DNA of 64,000 nucleotides from an uncultured virus (IMG/VR IMGVR_UViG_3300033155_000850) (Duplodnaviria > Heunggongvirae > Uroviricota > Caudoviricetes): IMG/VR virus record IMGVR_UViG_3300033155_000850; one strand, given 5' to 3'. The first letter of the stretch is position 1, and each line of letters opens with the position of its first letter. The translations under genes were made by a program, and so were the position numbers. Positions 9,762 through 19,886 of this stretch are shown one piece after another. The notes under the pieces were generated by a model. It saw only the letters and a program-made list of their open reading frames with translations. It was not told where the DNA came from and searched no databases.

Positions 9762-9950
9762 ATGGCTGATCCAGAAATGAAGACTTATACTAAAGCAGAT
9801 TTAGAGGCTATGTCGCCAGAAGCGGCTAATACTTTAATGATGCTGGCGACTAAGATAGAAGGTACAGGTGTTGTGCGCCGTGCCGACGGGTCAGTTAAAT
9901 ATGACCCTGATGCAGTACCGGGCACATATGGTGAAGAACACATTACTTAA
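9762..9950 (+). CDS. Hypothetical protein
   Basis: GAGG RBS. Confidence 0.6.
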   Translation: MADPEMKTYTKADLEAMSPEAANTLMMLATKIEGTGVVRRADGSVKYDPDAVPGTYGEEHIT

Positions 9951-9965
9951 CTAGAGGAAAGAATC

Positions 9966-10349
9966 ATGGCTTTAACATTGGAAGTTGGCTTGCAAAATGC
10001 AGTTGCCGACGCAATTGGCACCTATATTGATGCTGGAACCGCCCCAGAACTAGTTTTTGAGACCAGTGGTGATGCCGAAGTTGCTACCATTATATTAAAC
10101 GCTACAAACGCGTTTGGTGCTGCAGCAGCAGGTGTTATCACCATGACGGGTCAGCCGTTACAAGATACTAATGCCGCTGGTGGTACTACGGTACAATTTT
10201 CAATCTATCAGAATGTAGGTCAGACTAATAAAGTTTTAGAGGGTACTGTAGCTACGTCCGGTGCGGATATTAATATCAGCTCTACGGTAGTCGGTGCTAC
10301 TGATACTGTTGAACTTACAACGTTCACAATTGCCGTACCAGCTTCATAA
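9966..10349 (+). CDS. Virion structural protein (beta-rich decoration or fibre adaptor)
   Basis: GAGG RBS; Ala/Thr/Gly-rich; G.V.TSGADI.I.ST motif. Confidence 0.65.
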   Translation: MALTLEVGLQNAVADAIGTYIDAGTAPELVFETSGDAEVATIILNATNAFGAAAAGVITMTGQPLQDTNAAGGTTVQFSIYQNVGQTNKVLEGTVATSGADINISSTVVGATDTVELTTFTIAVPAS

Positions 10350-10351
10350 AT

Positions 10352-10684
10352 ATGAAAGTCATAGGTTTTAAGGTATGGTATTCTGATGGGTCTGTAGTTA
10401 AAGAAACAGACTGGGTAGCCTTACCTTCAGATAATTTGCAGGTTATCATGGTATACTATGATGAGCAATATACTGAGGGTAGACACTACCGTGAAACCAT
10501 AGATGGTTGCGATTGGTACTGGTTCGATGGTGAAAAAGTACACGGTGTTCGTTCCGAAGAAGGGATTGATGTGTGGTCTGATAAACCTGAAGTAGAAGAT
10601 GAGTTAATTAAGCAGGGTACTATGTTAGATTATGATACTTTTACATCGTTAGTTGATAACGCTATGCAAGATACGAGTTTCTAA
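10352..10684 (+). CDS. Hypothetical protein
   Basis: Operon packing. Confidence 0.65.
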   Translation: MKVIGFKVWYSDGSVVKETDWVALPSDNLQVIMVYYDEQYTEGRHYRETIDGCDWYWFDGEKVHGVRSEEGIDVWSDKPEVEDELIKQGTMLDYDTFTSLVDNAMQDTSF

Positions 10685-11283
10685 TGGCGCGTACCTTTGT
10701 ACAAACTGACGTTGCCAGTGACTCCGGATTCAATGTAGGTGACACGGGTGAGACTGCATCTATTAACCCTGCTGACTTGGAAATGCTTGAAGGAGGAACA
10801 CCCGGAACAGTAGAAGTATTACCTGATATTGATAATGACCCAGTTGATCGAGAACGTGCTACTATCATGTTTCAGTCGGATACTGGCGGTCCACAACCTA
10901 ATGATGCTTCTTGGGAAGCAGGTAACTACGTAGTTAACTTGAATGTCACTACGTCGAGAGTTGGTATCACGTGGCGAGCTTCGTATTTGATGTCTAGAAC
11001 TACAGGCGGAACATACACTACCAGAGGTAGTCTGACGGGTCAAACTACCTCGTTAGCAGCAGGTACTCAAACACAGACTATAGTGCTTGGGTCTGCTGCC
11101 TCAGTAAACGCCTCAGATACGATGGTGATTTTGACTGTGTTTGGTGGCCAGCTCACCCATGGAACATCAACATTAGGAGTTACTCCAGGGTTAAATATAG
11201 TGACCCCATTGAATGCAGTTAGTGGAGGTGTAGTTATTCCAGTAATAATGGCTTCGTACAGACGACGCCACCAGAATATATGA
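10684..11283 (+). CDS. Putative virion protein
   Basis: Thr/Gly-rich; C-terminal YRRRH. Confidence 0.6.
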   Translation: MARTFVQTDVASDSGFNVGDTGETASINPADLEMLEGGTPGTVEVLPDIDNDPVDRERATIMFQSDTGGPQPNDASWEAGNYVVNLNVTTSRVGITWRASYLMSRTTGGTYTTRGSLTGQTTSLAAGTQTQTIVLGSAASVNASDTMVILTVFGGQLTHGTSTLGVTPGLNIVTPLNAVSGGVVIPVIMASYRRRHQNI

Positions 11284-11292
11284 GGATATGAG

Positions 11293-12186
11293 ATGTTCCT
11301 AAGACAGAGCACAGCACAGACAATCCTATTCGGACCTTGCCTTGACATCACTGACGGAGTTACTGAAGAAGTAGCTTTAACACTGGCGCAAGCGGATATG
11401 CGACTGTCTAAAGACGGTGGCGCTTTTGCACAAAAAAATGCCGCCGGTAACGCAACCCATGATTCTGATGGTTGGTATAGCACTTCGCTTGATGCCACAG
11501 ATACGGCTACTGTAGGTATTCTAAGGCTCAACGTTCATCAGCCAGCGAACATGCTCCCACTTTGGGATACATTCTTTGTATTAACCCAAGAAGTTTATGA
11601 TGATATATTTGGAGCTTCTGGTATTGGTTATTTAAAAGCCACTACACCCGGTAACGACCTTGATGTAGCGGCTACGGGTGAAGCCGGTATTGATTTGGGT
11701 AATACATTGGGTAATCTAGTCGCCGCTGACTTCGGTGCTGGCTCTTTAGATGATAAAGGTAATTGGAACGTTGGCAAGTCTGGCTATGCACTTACAACGC
11801 AAAATTGGAACGTAGGTAAAACGGGGTATAGCTTAACTCAAGGCTTTCCAACTAACTTCGCTTCTATGGCGGTTACAGCTGGTGGGGTAGTTGATGCTGA
11901 TATAACAGCTATTAATGGATCAGCAACTGCGGCTGTTCAACTAGCTCTATCTGCAAATGAAATTGAAGATGGTCAATGTGAAGGAACACCTACAACTACA
12001 GTGATTCAGACGGATTTAGCTGAAACGCAAGATGACATCTATATAGGACGTACGATTATATTCACATCAGGTAATGCTAGAGGTGAGGCGTCAGATATAA
12101 CAGATTATGTGGGTTCTACAGGTACGTTAACTGTGACACTTCTTGCAAATGCTCCTGCAGCAACTGATACATTTATTATTTTGTAA
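11293..12186 (+). CDS. Putative virion fibre/structural protein
   Basis: LSK.GGAF, GWY...LDATDT.T.G.L; internal WNVGK.GY.LT repeat. Confidence 0.65.
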   Translation: MFLRQSTAQTILFGPCLDITDGVTEEVALTLAQADMRLSKDGGAFAQKNAAGNATHDSDGWYSTSLDATDTATVGILRLNVHQPANMLPLWDTFFVLTQEVYDDIFGASGIGYLKATTPGNDLDVAATGEAGIDLGNTLGNLVAADFGAGSLDDKGNWNVGKSGYALTTQNWNVGKTGYSLTQGFPTNFASMAVTAGGVVDADITAINGSATAAVQLALSANEIEDGQCEGTPTTTVIQTDLAETQDDIYIGRTIIFTSGNARGEASDITDYVGSTGTLTVTLLANAPAATDTFIIL

Positions 12187-12209
12187 TAAGTTAATAGGCT
12201 TGTAATAGC

Positions 12210-13904
12210 GTGAAGTCATATACAAAAACGTTTACTAGACACGCTTTACATGGCGCCCGTATTCTATACGGCAGTTTTGCAGGTAAATCTAGTGGGACTA
12301 AAACATCGTCTGGTAGTCCATCTATACTTCAAGCTGTAGCATCAGGTTCAGCTAAAGTATTAAGATTTGCTACAGGTATAGTAGCAATAGCAGCAATTAC
12401 TGCTACAGCTACAGCTAAGGTTATTAGTACTTCTGATGGGTCATCATCTATAACTATACCTACAGCTGCGGGTGTAGCTAAAATTATAAAGACCTCGTCA
12501 GGGTCTCCGAATATATCAATACCTACTACATCAGGTGTAGCCACAGTTACACCTATAGGTGGAAAGTCATACACTATTACGTTTACTCGTCATGCTTTAT
12601 ATGGCAGTATACGTAAACCATATGGTAGTTTTGCAGGTAAAGTTTCTGGACCTACTAATGCTAACGGTACTCCGTCTATAATACTACCTACATCTGCGGG
12701 TGTAGCGGAAATAATTAAGACAGCCGTAGGTGGACCTTCTACACTTTTACTCACATCTACAGGTGTAGCGGAAGTTATAAAGACTTCGTCAGGGTCTCCT
12801 AGTATACTAATACCTACCACTTCTGGTATTGCAGTATTAGAACATGGGGCTACAGGTTCTCCGTCTACACAATTAATTACAGCATCAGGTGTAGCGAGTG
12901 CCGAAGGCATATTTAATGCTAATGGTTCTCCGTCTATACTATTACCGACGTCATCCGGGTCTGCGGTATTAGAGCGTAGTGCCGTAGGTAACCCATCTAT
13001 ACCATTACTTACTACTTCAGGTGTGGCAGAGGTTATAAAGACCTCTTTTGGATCGCCTTCTACTAGTTTAATCACGTCTTCAGGTTTAGCTAGAATAATT
13101 AATTTAGCTACAGGTAGTCCATCTACGACGTTAATTATAGCTAGTGGTTCTGCTGATCTTATATTAGGTGCATCTGGATCACCATCTACTCAATTAATAA
13201 CGAGTTCAGGTATATCTAGAGTAATTAAAACTGCAACAGGTGCAGTTAGTACTCAGTTATTAATAGGTAGTGGTTTAGCTATAGATATACATATAGCTAC
13301 AGGTTCTCCATTAATTATATTACCTACTAGTTCAGGACTAGCGTCTATAGATAGAAATGCTAGTGGTTCACCTTTACTTACTTTACTAGTAGCTCAAGGT
13401 GTAGCCGATGTTAAAGGTCGTGTTAATGCATCAGGTTCACTTACATTAATTATACCTACTGCTCAAGGTATAGCTATTACCCAATCGTACTCTATATCAG
13501 ACTATGTTTCTGAAATTAGAGATTTACAATCTAGATTTGCGGATAACTGGGGTATAACACCTATACAGTGGAATAATATACTGATAGAAACCAGTGGTTT
13601 AACTGAGTGGGTTAGGTTTATAAATGATTCAAAATCCTCTGTACAAAAAAGTATAGGGTCTAACCCAGATATATACAGATATTTTGGCGAAATAACTATA
13701 GAGATAAACGTAAAACCGAATAGCGGGGCTAATCGAGCATTACAATTGGCGGATTCAGCAGCGGATATATGGCGTAGTGCAAATTTGACTAACATACATA
13801 TGGACGTACCTGAATTAATCATAGACGGTATCAGAAAGGGATGGTATCGAATTAATGTCGTATGCCCTTATTACAGAGACAGTATTCAATTTAGGAGTAT
13901 TTAA
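12210..13904 (+). CDS. 21-aa-repeat fibre protein fused to a second tail-terminator-like domain
   Basis: About 17 copies of xxxSGSPSIxxPTxSGVAxII; C-terminal ~130 aa resemble 9340-9750. Confidence 0.75.
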   Translation: MKSYTKTFTRHALHGARILYGSFAGKSSGTKTSSGSPSILQAVASGSAKVLRFATGIVAIAAITATATAKVISTSDGSSSITIPTAAGVAKIIKTSSGSPNISIPTTSGVATVTPIGGKSYTITFTRHALYGSIRKPYGSFAGKVSGPTNANGTPSIILPTSAGVAEIIKTAVGGPSTLLLTSTGVAEVIKTSSGSPSILIPTTSGIAVLEHGATGSPSTQLITASGVASAEGIFNANGSPSILLPTSSGSAVLERSAVGNPSIPLLTTSGVAEVIKTSFGSPSTSLITSSGLARIINLATGSPSTTLIIASGSADLILGASGSPSTQLITSSGISRVIKTATGAVSTQLLIGSGLAIDIHIATGSPLIILPTSSGLASIDRNASGSPLLTLLVAQGVADVKGRVNASGSLTLIIPTAQGIAITQSYSISDYVSEIRDLQSRFADNWGITPIQWNNILIETSGLTEWVRFINDSKSSVQKSIGSNPDIYRYFGEITIEINVKPNSGANRALQLADSAADIWRSANLTNIHMDVPELIIDGIRKGWYRINVVCPYYRDSIQFRSI

Positions 13905-13906
13905 TT

Positions 13907-15073
13907 ATGACCCTTGCAGCCAGTAATAGAGTAGGTTTGCGATTTATCAAAGAAGTTACGTTTGGTGAAACGCCAACTACGCCAGCATTTAACGAACTTC
14001 GTTATACTGGCGAGAGTTTGAATTATAATATATCTAACGTCACGTCTGATGAAATTAGATCGGATAGAATGACTGCGGATTTAGTTCAGGTTGAAGCAGA
14101 TGCTTCCGGTGATATTAGTGTGGAAGTTAGTTATGACGCGTATGACTCATTACTAGAAGGAGTAATGGCTAGTACGTGGGGTACAGTTACAGCTGTATCT
14201 GAAGTAGATATAGATGCAGCTACTACTGATGATAGTTTCAATACTGTAGCAGGTGATTTTTTAGCTGACGGTATAGTGGTAGGTAAGTGGTTTAAAGTAG
14301 ACGGATTTACAGATACTACTATCAATGGTTATTATAGAGCCGTTACAGTTACGGCAGCCAAACTCACAGTAACCCCGGCAATTCCAGCTATAGAAGCAGC
14401 TGGTAATACTATTACTATGTCTGGATCTATGTTAAGAAACGGTACTACAGAGTCTTCATTCTCAGTTCAAAAAGAGTTACAAGATATTGCACCTCCGTCA
14501 TTTTTCTTGTTTAATGGTGTAAGAATGGGTCAACTTCAACTGTCGTTTGAAACTGGGTCAATTCTTACAGGTGTATTTTCTATGATGGGTCTAGGTGCCA
14601 CTGTTAATACTACAGGCGTAGCTGGTCAGACGGAAGTACCAGCACCTACTAATGAGGTTATGAATGCAGTAAGTAATGTCCTTCAAATTGAGTTTGATGG
14701 AGTTGTTAGTACAGCATATTTCAATACTCTTAACTTGAGTATTAATAACAATCTTCGTCCTCAAGATGCTATCGGTAATTTACCACATGTAGGTATAGCA
14801 CTAAGTAGATTAGAAGTCACAGGTGAAGCGGAATTATACTTTCAAAATAACGATGAGTATACTAAATATCTAAATGCTACGGCGTTTAGTCTATCATTTA
14901 GAGTAGAGGATTCTTCTGGTCAATCGTACGTATTTACTCTTCCCAAGGTTAAGTATGAAACAGGTGAAGTAGTTGCTGGTGGTTTAGATCAAGATGTATT
15001 TCAACGATCAACTATTAGAGCGATTAGAGATCCACTCACAGATTCAATGATTCAAATCGATAAGTTTGTATGA
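13907..15073 (+). CDS. Tail tube (major tail) protein
   Basis: E.TFG.TP, LRYTGESL, S.EIRSDR, L.INNNL, TG....YF. Confidence 0.88.
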   Translation: MTLAASNRVGLRFIKEVTFGETPTTPAFNELRYTGESLNYNISNVTSDEIRSDRMTADLVQVEADASGDISVEVSYDAYDSLLEGVMASTWGTVTAVSEVDIDAATTDDSFNTVAGDFLADGIVVGKWFKVDGFTDTTINGYYRAVTVTAAKLTVTPAIPAIEAAGNTITMSGSMLRNGTTESSFSVQKELQDIAPPSFFLFNGVRMGQLQLSFETGSILTGVFSMMGLGATVNTTGVAGQTEVPAPTNEVMNAVSNVLQIEFDGVVSTAYFNTLNLSINNNLRPQDAIGNLPHVGIALSRLEVTGEAELYFQNNDEYTKYLNATAFSLSFRVEDSSGQSYVFTLPKVKYETGEVVAGGLDQDVFQRSTIRAIRDPLTDSMIQIDKFV

Positions 15074-15080
15074 TATAACT

Positions 15081-15128
15081 ATATTTGGCAGTAGTATCTA
15101 GGACCTTTAGGTATTACTGCCAACATAT
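15081..15128 (+). terminator. Long hairpin after the tail tube gene (terminator or processing site)
   Basis: TTGGCAGTAGTATCTA pairs with TAGGTATTACTGCCAA; GGACCTT sits at the loop. Confidence 0.55.
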
Positions 15129-15190
15129 AGATAATAAAAGTAGTTATACCTTGTCATTACAGACTATACTCACGGCAGAGACTATATCTT

Positions 15191-15220
15191 GTACTCTGCT
15201 ATTCTCTGCTAGTATAGAAC
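15191..15220 (-). repeat. Dispersed hairpin-element core, copy 2
   Basis: TCTGCTATTCTCTGCTAG is identical to 38161-38178. Confidence 0.7.
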
Positions 15221-15253
15221 TATACTGGTACTTTTAGATGGAGTAAAGTAGAA

Positions 15254-15694
15254 ATGTTTAATATAGAGTCGAATACTGTAGATAAAGAAGAAGCGGGTGA
15301 ATGGGCTCAATTTAAGGGCAGTGAATTTCTTATAGCTAGTAGCGGTTGTAATAAGTTTCAACGATTATTTTCTAAATTACAAATGCCTCATCGTAGAGCT
15401 TTAGATAAAAATCGTCTTGACCCTGAGATTCAACTAGATATTATGTCTAGAGCCATATCTAAAGCGCTTCTTTTGAATTGGCGCGATGTTGTAGATAGTA
15501 AAGGTGAGCTTGTCGAATTCGATAGTGATATGGCTTACAAAGCATTAAAGGGAAACAGTGAACTTAGAGAGTTTATTACTAACTACTCTACTGATCTCAG
15601 TAATTACATTGGTGAGGAGCAAGATGAGTTGGGAAAATCTGTCGAAGTATCGTCAAATGGAACATCGAGTACGGCGACAGAGAAAAGTTCCTAG
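15254..15694 (+). CDS. Tail assembly chaperone (gpG-like)
   Basis: Between tail tube and tape measure; LL.W..V..... motif; slippery site near the 3' end. Confidence 0.8.
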   Translation: MFNIESNTVDKEEAGEWAQFKGSEFLIASSGCNKFQRLFSKLQMPHRRALDKNRLDPEIQLDIMSRAISKALLLNWRDVVDSKGELVEFDSDMAYKALKGNSELREFITNYSTDLSNYIGEEQDELGKSVEVSSNGTSSTATEKSS

Positions 15695-15954
15695 AAAGTC
15701 TTGAAAATGAAGGAGTAGAACCTCAAGCATTAGAAAATAAACCAGAGGTTCCATCCTATTTATTAGAGTATATAGAGGCTTTTTACTCATTATCTACTAG
15801 ACGCACGATAGGTTTTTCATGTGAAAACCCTATTTCAATGTCTGATATAAGTTCTTATTTACAGTTGTATCCCACTGATAATATGGATTTGTTTATGTAC
15901 TTAATCAATCAGATGGATATAGAGTATATGACTACTAAATACGGTAATACATAA
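15631..15954 (+). CDS. -1 frameshift extension of the tail chaperone (gpGT-like)
   Basis: G GGA AAA slippery heptamer at 15631-15637; the -1 frame is open for ~105 codons (ICRSIVKWNIEYG...AFYSLSTRR...NPI...MDIEY) to TAA at 15952-15954, overlapping the tape-measure ATG. Confidence 0.85.
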   Translation, partial: GKICRSIVKWNIEYGDREKFLESLENEGVEPQALENKPEVPSYLLEYIEAFYSLSTRRTIGFSCENPISMSDISSYLQLYPTDNMDLFMYLINQMDIEYMTTKYGNT

Positions 15955-18602
15955 TGGCTGAAGAAACATCACGAATACAGGTCGAAGTTGATGGATCGCG
16001 TGCTGTTGGAGATATTAATAGAATATCTGCTGCCTTTCGTAGATTAGAAGGTTCTGTAGGTAGAGTTAAAGCTCAGTTTGCAGGACTTGGATCAGCTACG
16101 TCTAATGCATTTAGTCGTATGAAATCTGGTGGAGGTATAGCCTTTAGAGCATTGGGTTCTGGATTTAGAGCTGTTCGTAGATCTATGCAACTTTTTGCCA
16201 ATACATTTAAAGCCTTGTTAAAGGTATTCATAGCTGCTGGTGCAGCATTTACTCTATTTGCTAGAAGTGTATTGGACACTGGTAATAAAATTAACAAATT
16301 TGTTAATACTTTGGTTATATTAAAAGGTAGTACGGCTTCAGCTATTACAGAGCTACAGTTATTATTCGAATTATCTAATAAACTAGGTACGTCATTTACA
16401 GCTGCAGCTGCTCCGTTTGTTAAGTTCGCTGCCGCAGCAGCTGGAGCTTTAACGGATTCCGCTATTAGAGATGTATTTGAATCATTCGCTACAGTGGGTG
16501 TTGCATTACAATTAACTCAGTCAGAGGTAACAGGTGTATTTCTAGCGTTACAACAAATCGCATCTAAAGGCGTGGTTTCCATGGAAGAGTTGAGATTGCA
16601 ACTAGCTGAACGTGTTCCAGGTGCTATGAGATTAGCAGCCCAATCTATGGACATGTCAATGAAAGATTTTGAGAGAGCTGTTCAGCTAAGAACTATTAAT
16701 GCTGGGGATTTTTTAGAGAAATTCGCTAAGAAACTTAAAGATGTATATGGTGATGCAGCCTTAATTGCTTCAGAGAGACTATTTGCTGACATACAGAGAT
16801 TAGGTAATGCGTTTACAGCTTTTAAGACTGAAATATTTCAAGCTGGGTTTGAAGACGGTTTGAGAGATTTAGTTAGATCGGCTGCGGCTTTTTTAGAAAA
16901 CAATCCAGAATTATCTAATGCGTTAGGTAAGTTTTCTAAAGAAATTTTTACTAGAGTAGCGGATTTTTTAAATTCATTATCTGCAGACAGAGTTATTTCT
17001 GTATTAAATACTTTGATAGGTGTATTTGAAACTCTAGTGAATGTTATAAATACTTTAGCATTTGAAATACGTAAACTGTTTAATGATGACTTTAGTTCAG
17101 CTATTGACACAGTCTCCACTCAGACTAATAATTTGGAAGCATTGGTACGTGAAAGACAGGAGTTACGTCGTACGGCGTTAGAGGGAGTGGTACTAGAAGG
17201 TTTTGGTTCTGATATAAGTCAATTTACACCTGTTACAGCTAATGATATGCAGATAAAAAATGCTGAGATGAGATTAGTGGGCTTAGATGAAAAAATTACT
17301 CTAGCTAGAGATTTATTGATTGCGGCTAGACTTAAGGCGGAGGAATTTGGAGTTACTTTAGCAGCCCTACCTGAAAATGTATTCGATAGATTAGATACAT
17401 TTGTAGGTGTTGCTCCTATTACTCTACCTAAAATAGAACCGCTACCCGATCAACGGGGTAGTAAGGGTCTAACTATAGATGATACTGCGCCTATGTCTCC
17501 TCAAATGACGGGTGACTTACAGGATGCTTTACAGACTGCTGAAAGAATCGCTACTATGGGAATGCCTGAATTTTATGATAAATTAATATCTGGGGAAATT
17601 CGAAATGCTATGACAGATTTAGCGGCAACTACTCATGACCTTAACGTATTAAATGATTCACAAGCTTTATTACTACAGAAAATAGCTGAAAGGCATGCAG
17701 AAGTAGAGACTATGCGTAACTTACCTCAAGAGTTAATAGAATCGGCTAAACTTAATGACTTAACTAGAGATTTAACCGCTTTAACAGAAGAATACTTGGT
17801 AGCCGAGAAAAAGCGATATGAATTAAAACAAGAACAACTTAAGTTAATGGAGGAAGAAGAACGACGATTAGCTAGTTTAACATCATTCCAGAAATCTCTT
17901 GAAGAATCATTTATATCTGTACAAGATGTAGCCATTAATATGGCTAAAAAGACCGAAGATGCTATAGTAGATATGGTGACTACAGGTAAAGCTAGTTTTT
18001 CTGAACTGGCCGAATCGATTATAGCGGATTTAACTAGAATGGCTATCCAAGCATTTCTTACTAGATATGTAATAGGACCTTTATTAGGTTATGCAGCTCA
18101 ATCATTTGGAGATGCTCTTGGTGGGACCTTTAGTACTACTCAAACTTCAGGTAATGCTGTAGGTACTCCATCTGGATTAAGAAGTAGTGGAGGTAGAGGT
18201 CATTCAGGCGGAGTAGTTGGGCGATCTAATTTAAGTGAACGTAGTGGATTTAGTAAATTGAGAAATGGTGAACGGTCTATCATAGTTGAAAAAGGTGAAG
18301 GTATATTTACTCAAGATCAAATGAAAGCTTTAGCTCCTATTTCTCGATTAGGGTCTATATCTAGATCAGTTAATACTCAACCTACACTACCTGTAATTAA
18401 TGTACAACCGTCTGGTATTAAGGTAGAGGTTATAAATAATACGTCTGAAGAAGCTAATGTTGAAACAACCAGGTCTCCAGATGGAACTGAGTTAACTAGA
18501 ATTATTATAGGCACTGTTAGCTCTAATTTAGCTAAGGACGGTGATCTATCTAAATTATTACAAGGTAAATTTGGATTAAGAAATAAGACGGGGTTAAGAT
18601 AA
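15954..18602 (+). CDS. Tape measure protein
   Basis: ALQQIASKGVVSMEELRLQLAERVPGA tape-measure domain; lambda-like C-terminal F..LA.SIIADL.R. Confidence 0.93.
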   Translation: MAEETSRIQVEVDGSRAVGDINRISAAFRRLEGSVGRVKAQFAGLGSATSNAFSRMKSGGGIAFRALGSGFRAVRRSMQLFANTFKALLKVFIAAGAAFTLFARSVLDTGNKINKFVNTLVILKGSTASAITELQLLFELSNKLGTSFTAAAAPFVKFAAAAAGALTDSAIRDVFESFATVGVALQLTQSEVTGVFLALQQIASKGVVSMEELRLQLAERVPGAMRLAAQSMDMSMKDFERAVQLRTINAGDFLEKFAKKLKDVYGDAALIASERLFADIQRLGNAFTAFKTEIFQAGFEDGLRDLVRSAAAFLENNPELSNALGKFSKEIFTRVADFLNSLSADRVISVLNTLIGVFETLVNVINTLAFEIRKLFNDDFSSAIDTVSTQTNNLEALVRERQELRRTALEGVVLEGFGSDISQFTPVTANDMQIKNAEMRLVGLDEKITLARDLLIAARLKAEEFGVTLAALPENVFDRLDTFVGVAPITLPKIEPLPDQRGSKGLTIDDTAPMSPQMTGDLQDALQTAERIATMGMPEFYDKLISGEIRNAMTDLAATTHDLNVLNDSQALLLQKIAERHAEVETMRNLPQELIESAKLNDLTRDLTALTEEYLVAEKKRYELKQEQLKLMEEEERRLASLTSFQKSLEESFISVQDVAINMAKKTEDAIVDMVTTGKASFSELAESIIADLTRMAIQAFLTRYVIGPLLGYAAQSFGDALGGTFSTTQTSGNAVGTPSGLRSSGGRGHSGGVVGRSNLSERSGFSKLRNGERSIIVEKGEGIFTQDQMKALAPISRLGSISRSVNTQPTLPVINVQPSGIKVEVINNTSEEANVETTRSPDGTELTRIIIGTVSSNLAKDGDLSKLLQGKFGLRNKTGLR

Positions 18603-19018
18603 TGGCACTAGTTACTGCTACAGGTTCTCCATCAATATCTATACCTATAGCTCAAGGTGTATCAAAAATAAATTACGCATGGCCTAATACGCTACCTAAC
18701 TTTTTTCAAGTCAAGGGTTTTATAGAAACTGGGGCCGTCAATGCAATTCGCTCTACTATGGATGTAGGTCCAGATAAATTGAGACGAAGAACCACTACAG
18801 GGATTCGTAACCATGTAGGTAATATGTGGTTAACTACAACTCAATACACTACATTGAGAACGTTTTTTGAAGATACTATTTCTTTTGGAGTCATATCATT
18901 TACTATGAATGATGCCCATGGGACTAATAGGACCTTTCGATTTATACGACCACCCAGGTATACTACAATAGGACCAGATAATTGGCAAGTTAAATTAGAA
19001 TTAGAGGAGCTTCCATAA
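18602..19018 (+). CDS. Distal tail protein with an N-terminal 21-aa repeat unit
   Basis: WP.TLP, IRS.MD.GP.K.RRR.T, L.LE.LP. Confidence 0.8.
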   Translation: MALVTATGSPSISIPIAQGVSKINYAWPNTLPNFFQVKGFIETGAVNAIRSTMDVGPDKLRRRTTTGIRNHVGNMWLTTTQYTTLRTFFEDTISFGVISFTMNDAHGTNRTFRFIRPPRYTTIGPDNWQVKLELEELP

Positions 19019-19494
19019 TGCCTAGAACAGTGTCATTATCTGCAATGCAAGGAGTCATGGCTCAAGAAACAGCTGAGGTGTATTTAATATTATTGACGGT
19101 AGATCATGGTGATATACCGTCTACTATTAGATTCGTTAATAATACGGAAGATATTACTAGTAACTCTGATGTATACACTGCATTTCCGTTTGAAGTTACT
19201 ATGCCTGATGATAAAGAAGACAAGGAACCTTTAGCTGAATTACGTATTGATAATGTAAGTAGAACATTAGTAGATGAAATTAGACTTATACAGTCTCCAC
19301 CAATAATTACTTTAAGCGTTATAATAGCTTCTACACCAGATACAATAGAGTGGGGACCTTTGGAGTTTGAAACTAGAGGTGTAACCTATACAGCTACATC
19401 TATTATATTTAGATTGGGTTATAGTACGTTTATAAGTGAACCGTTTCCGTATAAGGCATTTGATACTATTGATTTCCCAGGTATGTTTCAATGA
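19018..19494 (+). CDS. Minor tail protein (DUF1833-like)
   Basis: LLT..H, RFV.N, AFPF...PDD, L.IDNV, FPG.F. Confidence 0.8.
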   Translation: MPRTVSLSAMQGVMAQETAEVYLILLTVDHGDIPSTIRFVNNTEDITSNSDVYTAFPFEVTMPDDKEDKEPLAELRIDNVSRTLVDEIRLIQSPPIITLSVIIASTPDTIEWGPLEFETRGVTYTATSIIFRLGYSTFISEPFPYKAFDTIDFPGMFQ

Positions 19495-19886
19495 TAGTTG
19501 ATTGGGCTAAAAAATATATAGGTATGGAGTATAGGTTAGGTCATACTGGGCCTAATTATTTCGACTGTTGGGGTGTAGTGGTTTGGATATACAAACAAGA
19601 ATATGGTATAAATATAAATGAAGGGATATATTATATCACTAAAGAAGACAGAGCTATACAGTTAAGAAAACACATAGGATCATGGATTAAAGTTACAAGA
19701 CCACGACCTGGTGACGGAATACTATTTATGGTAGGAGGTAAACTTCCACATTGCGGTATTTATGTTGGAGATGGTAAAATGTTACACTCATTAGACGAAC
19801 GTATGTCGTGTATTGAGCGGATTAATTCACCAAAATGGAAACCTCGTCTTGAAGGATATTATAGGTACAGCTCGAGTACTAGCTAA
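19491..19886 (+). CDS. NlpC/P60 tail-tip peptidase (gpK-like)
   Basis: FDCWG, PGD..LF, HCGIY.G.G.MLH. Confidence 0.9.
   Translation: MIVDWAKKYIGMEYRLGHTGPNYFDCWGVVVWIYKQEYGININEGIYYITKEDRAIQLRKHIGSWIKVTRPRPGDGILFMVGGKLPHCGIYVGDGKMLHSLDERMSCIERINSPKWKPRLEGYYRYSSSTS

Noticed and set aside
12329..13822. Antisense ORFs in the track (also those within the tape measure, tail tip, polA and primase genes)
   Set aside because: Shadows of real genes on the opposite strand, lacking RBS and motifs
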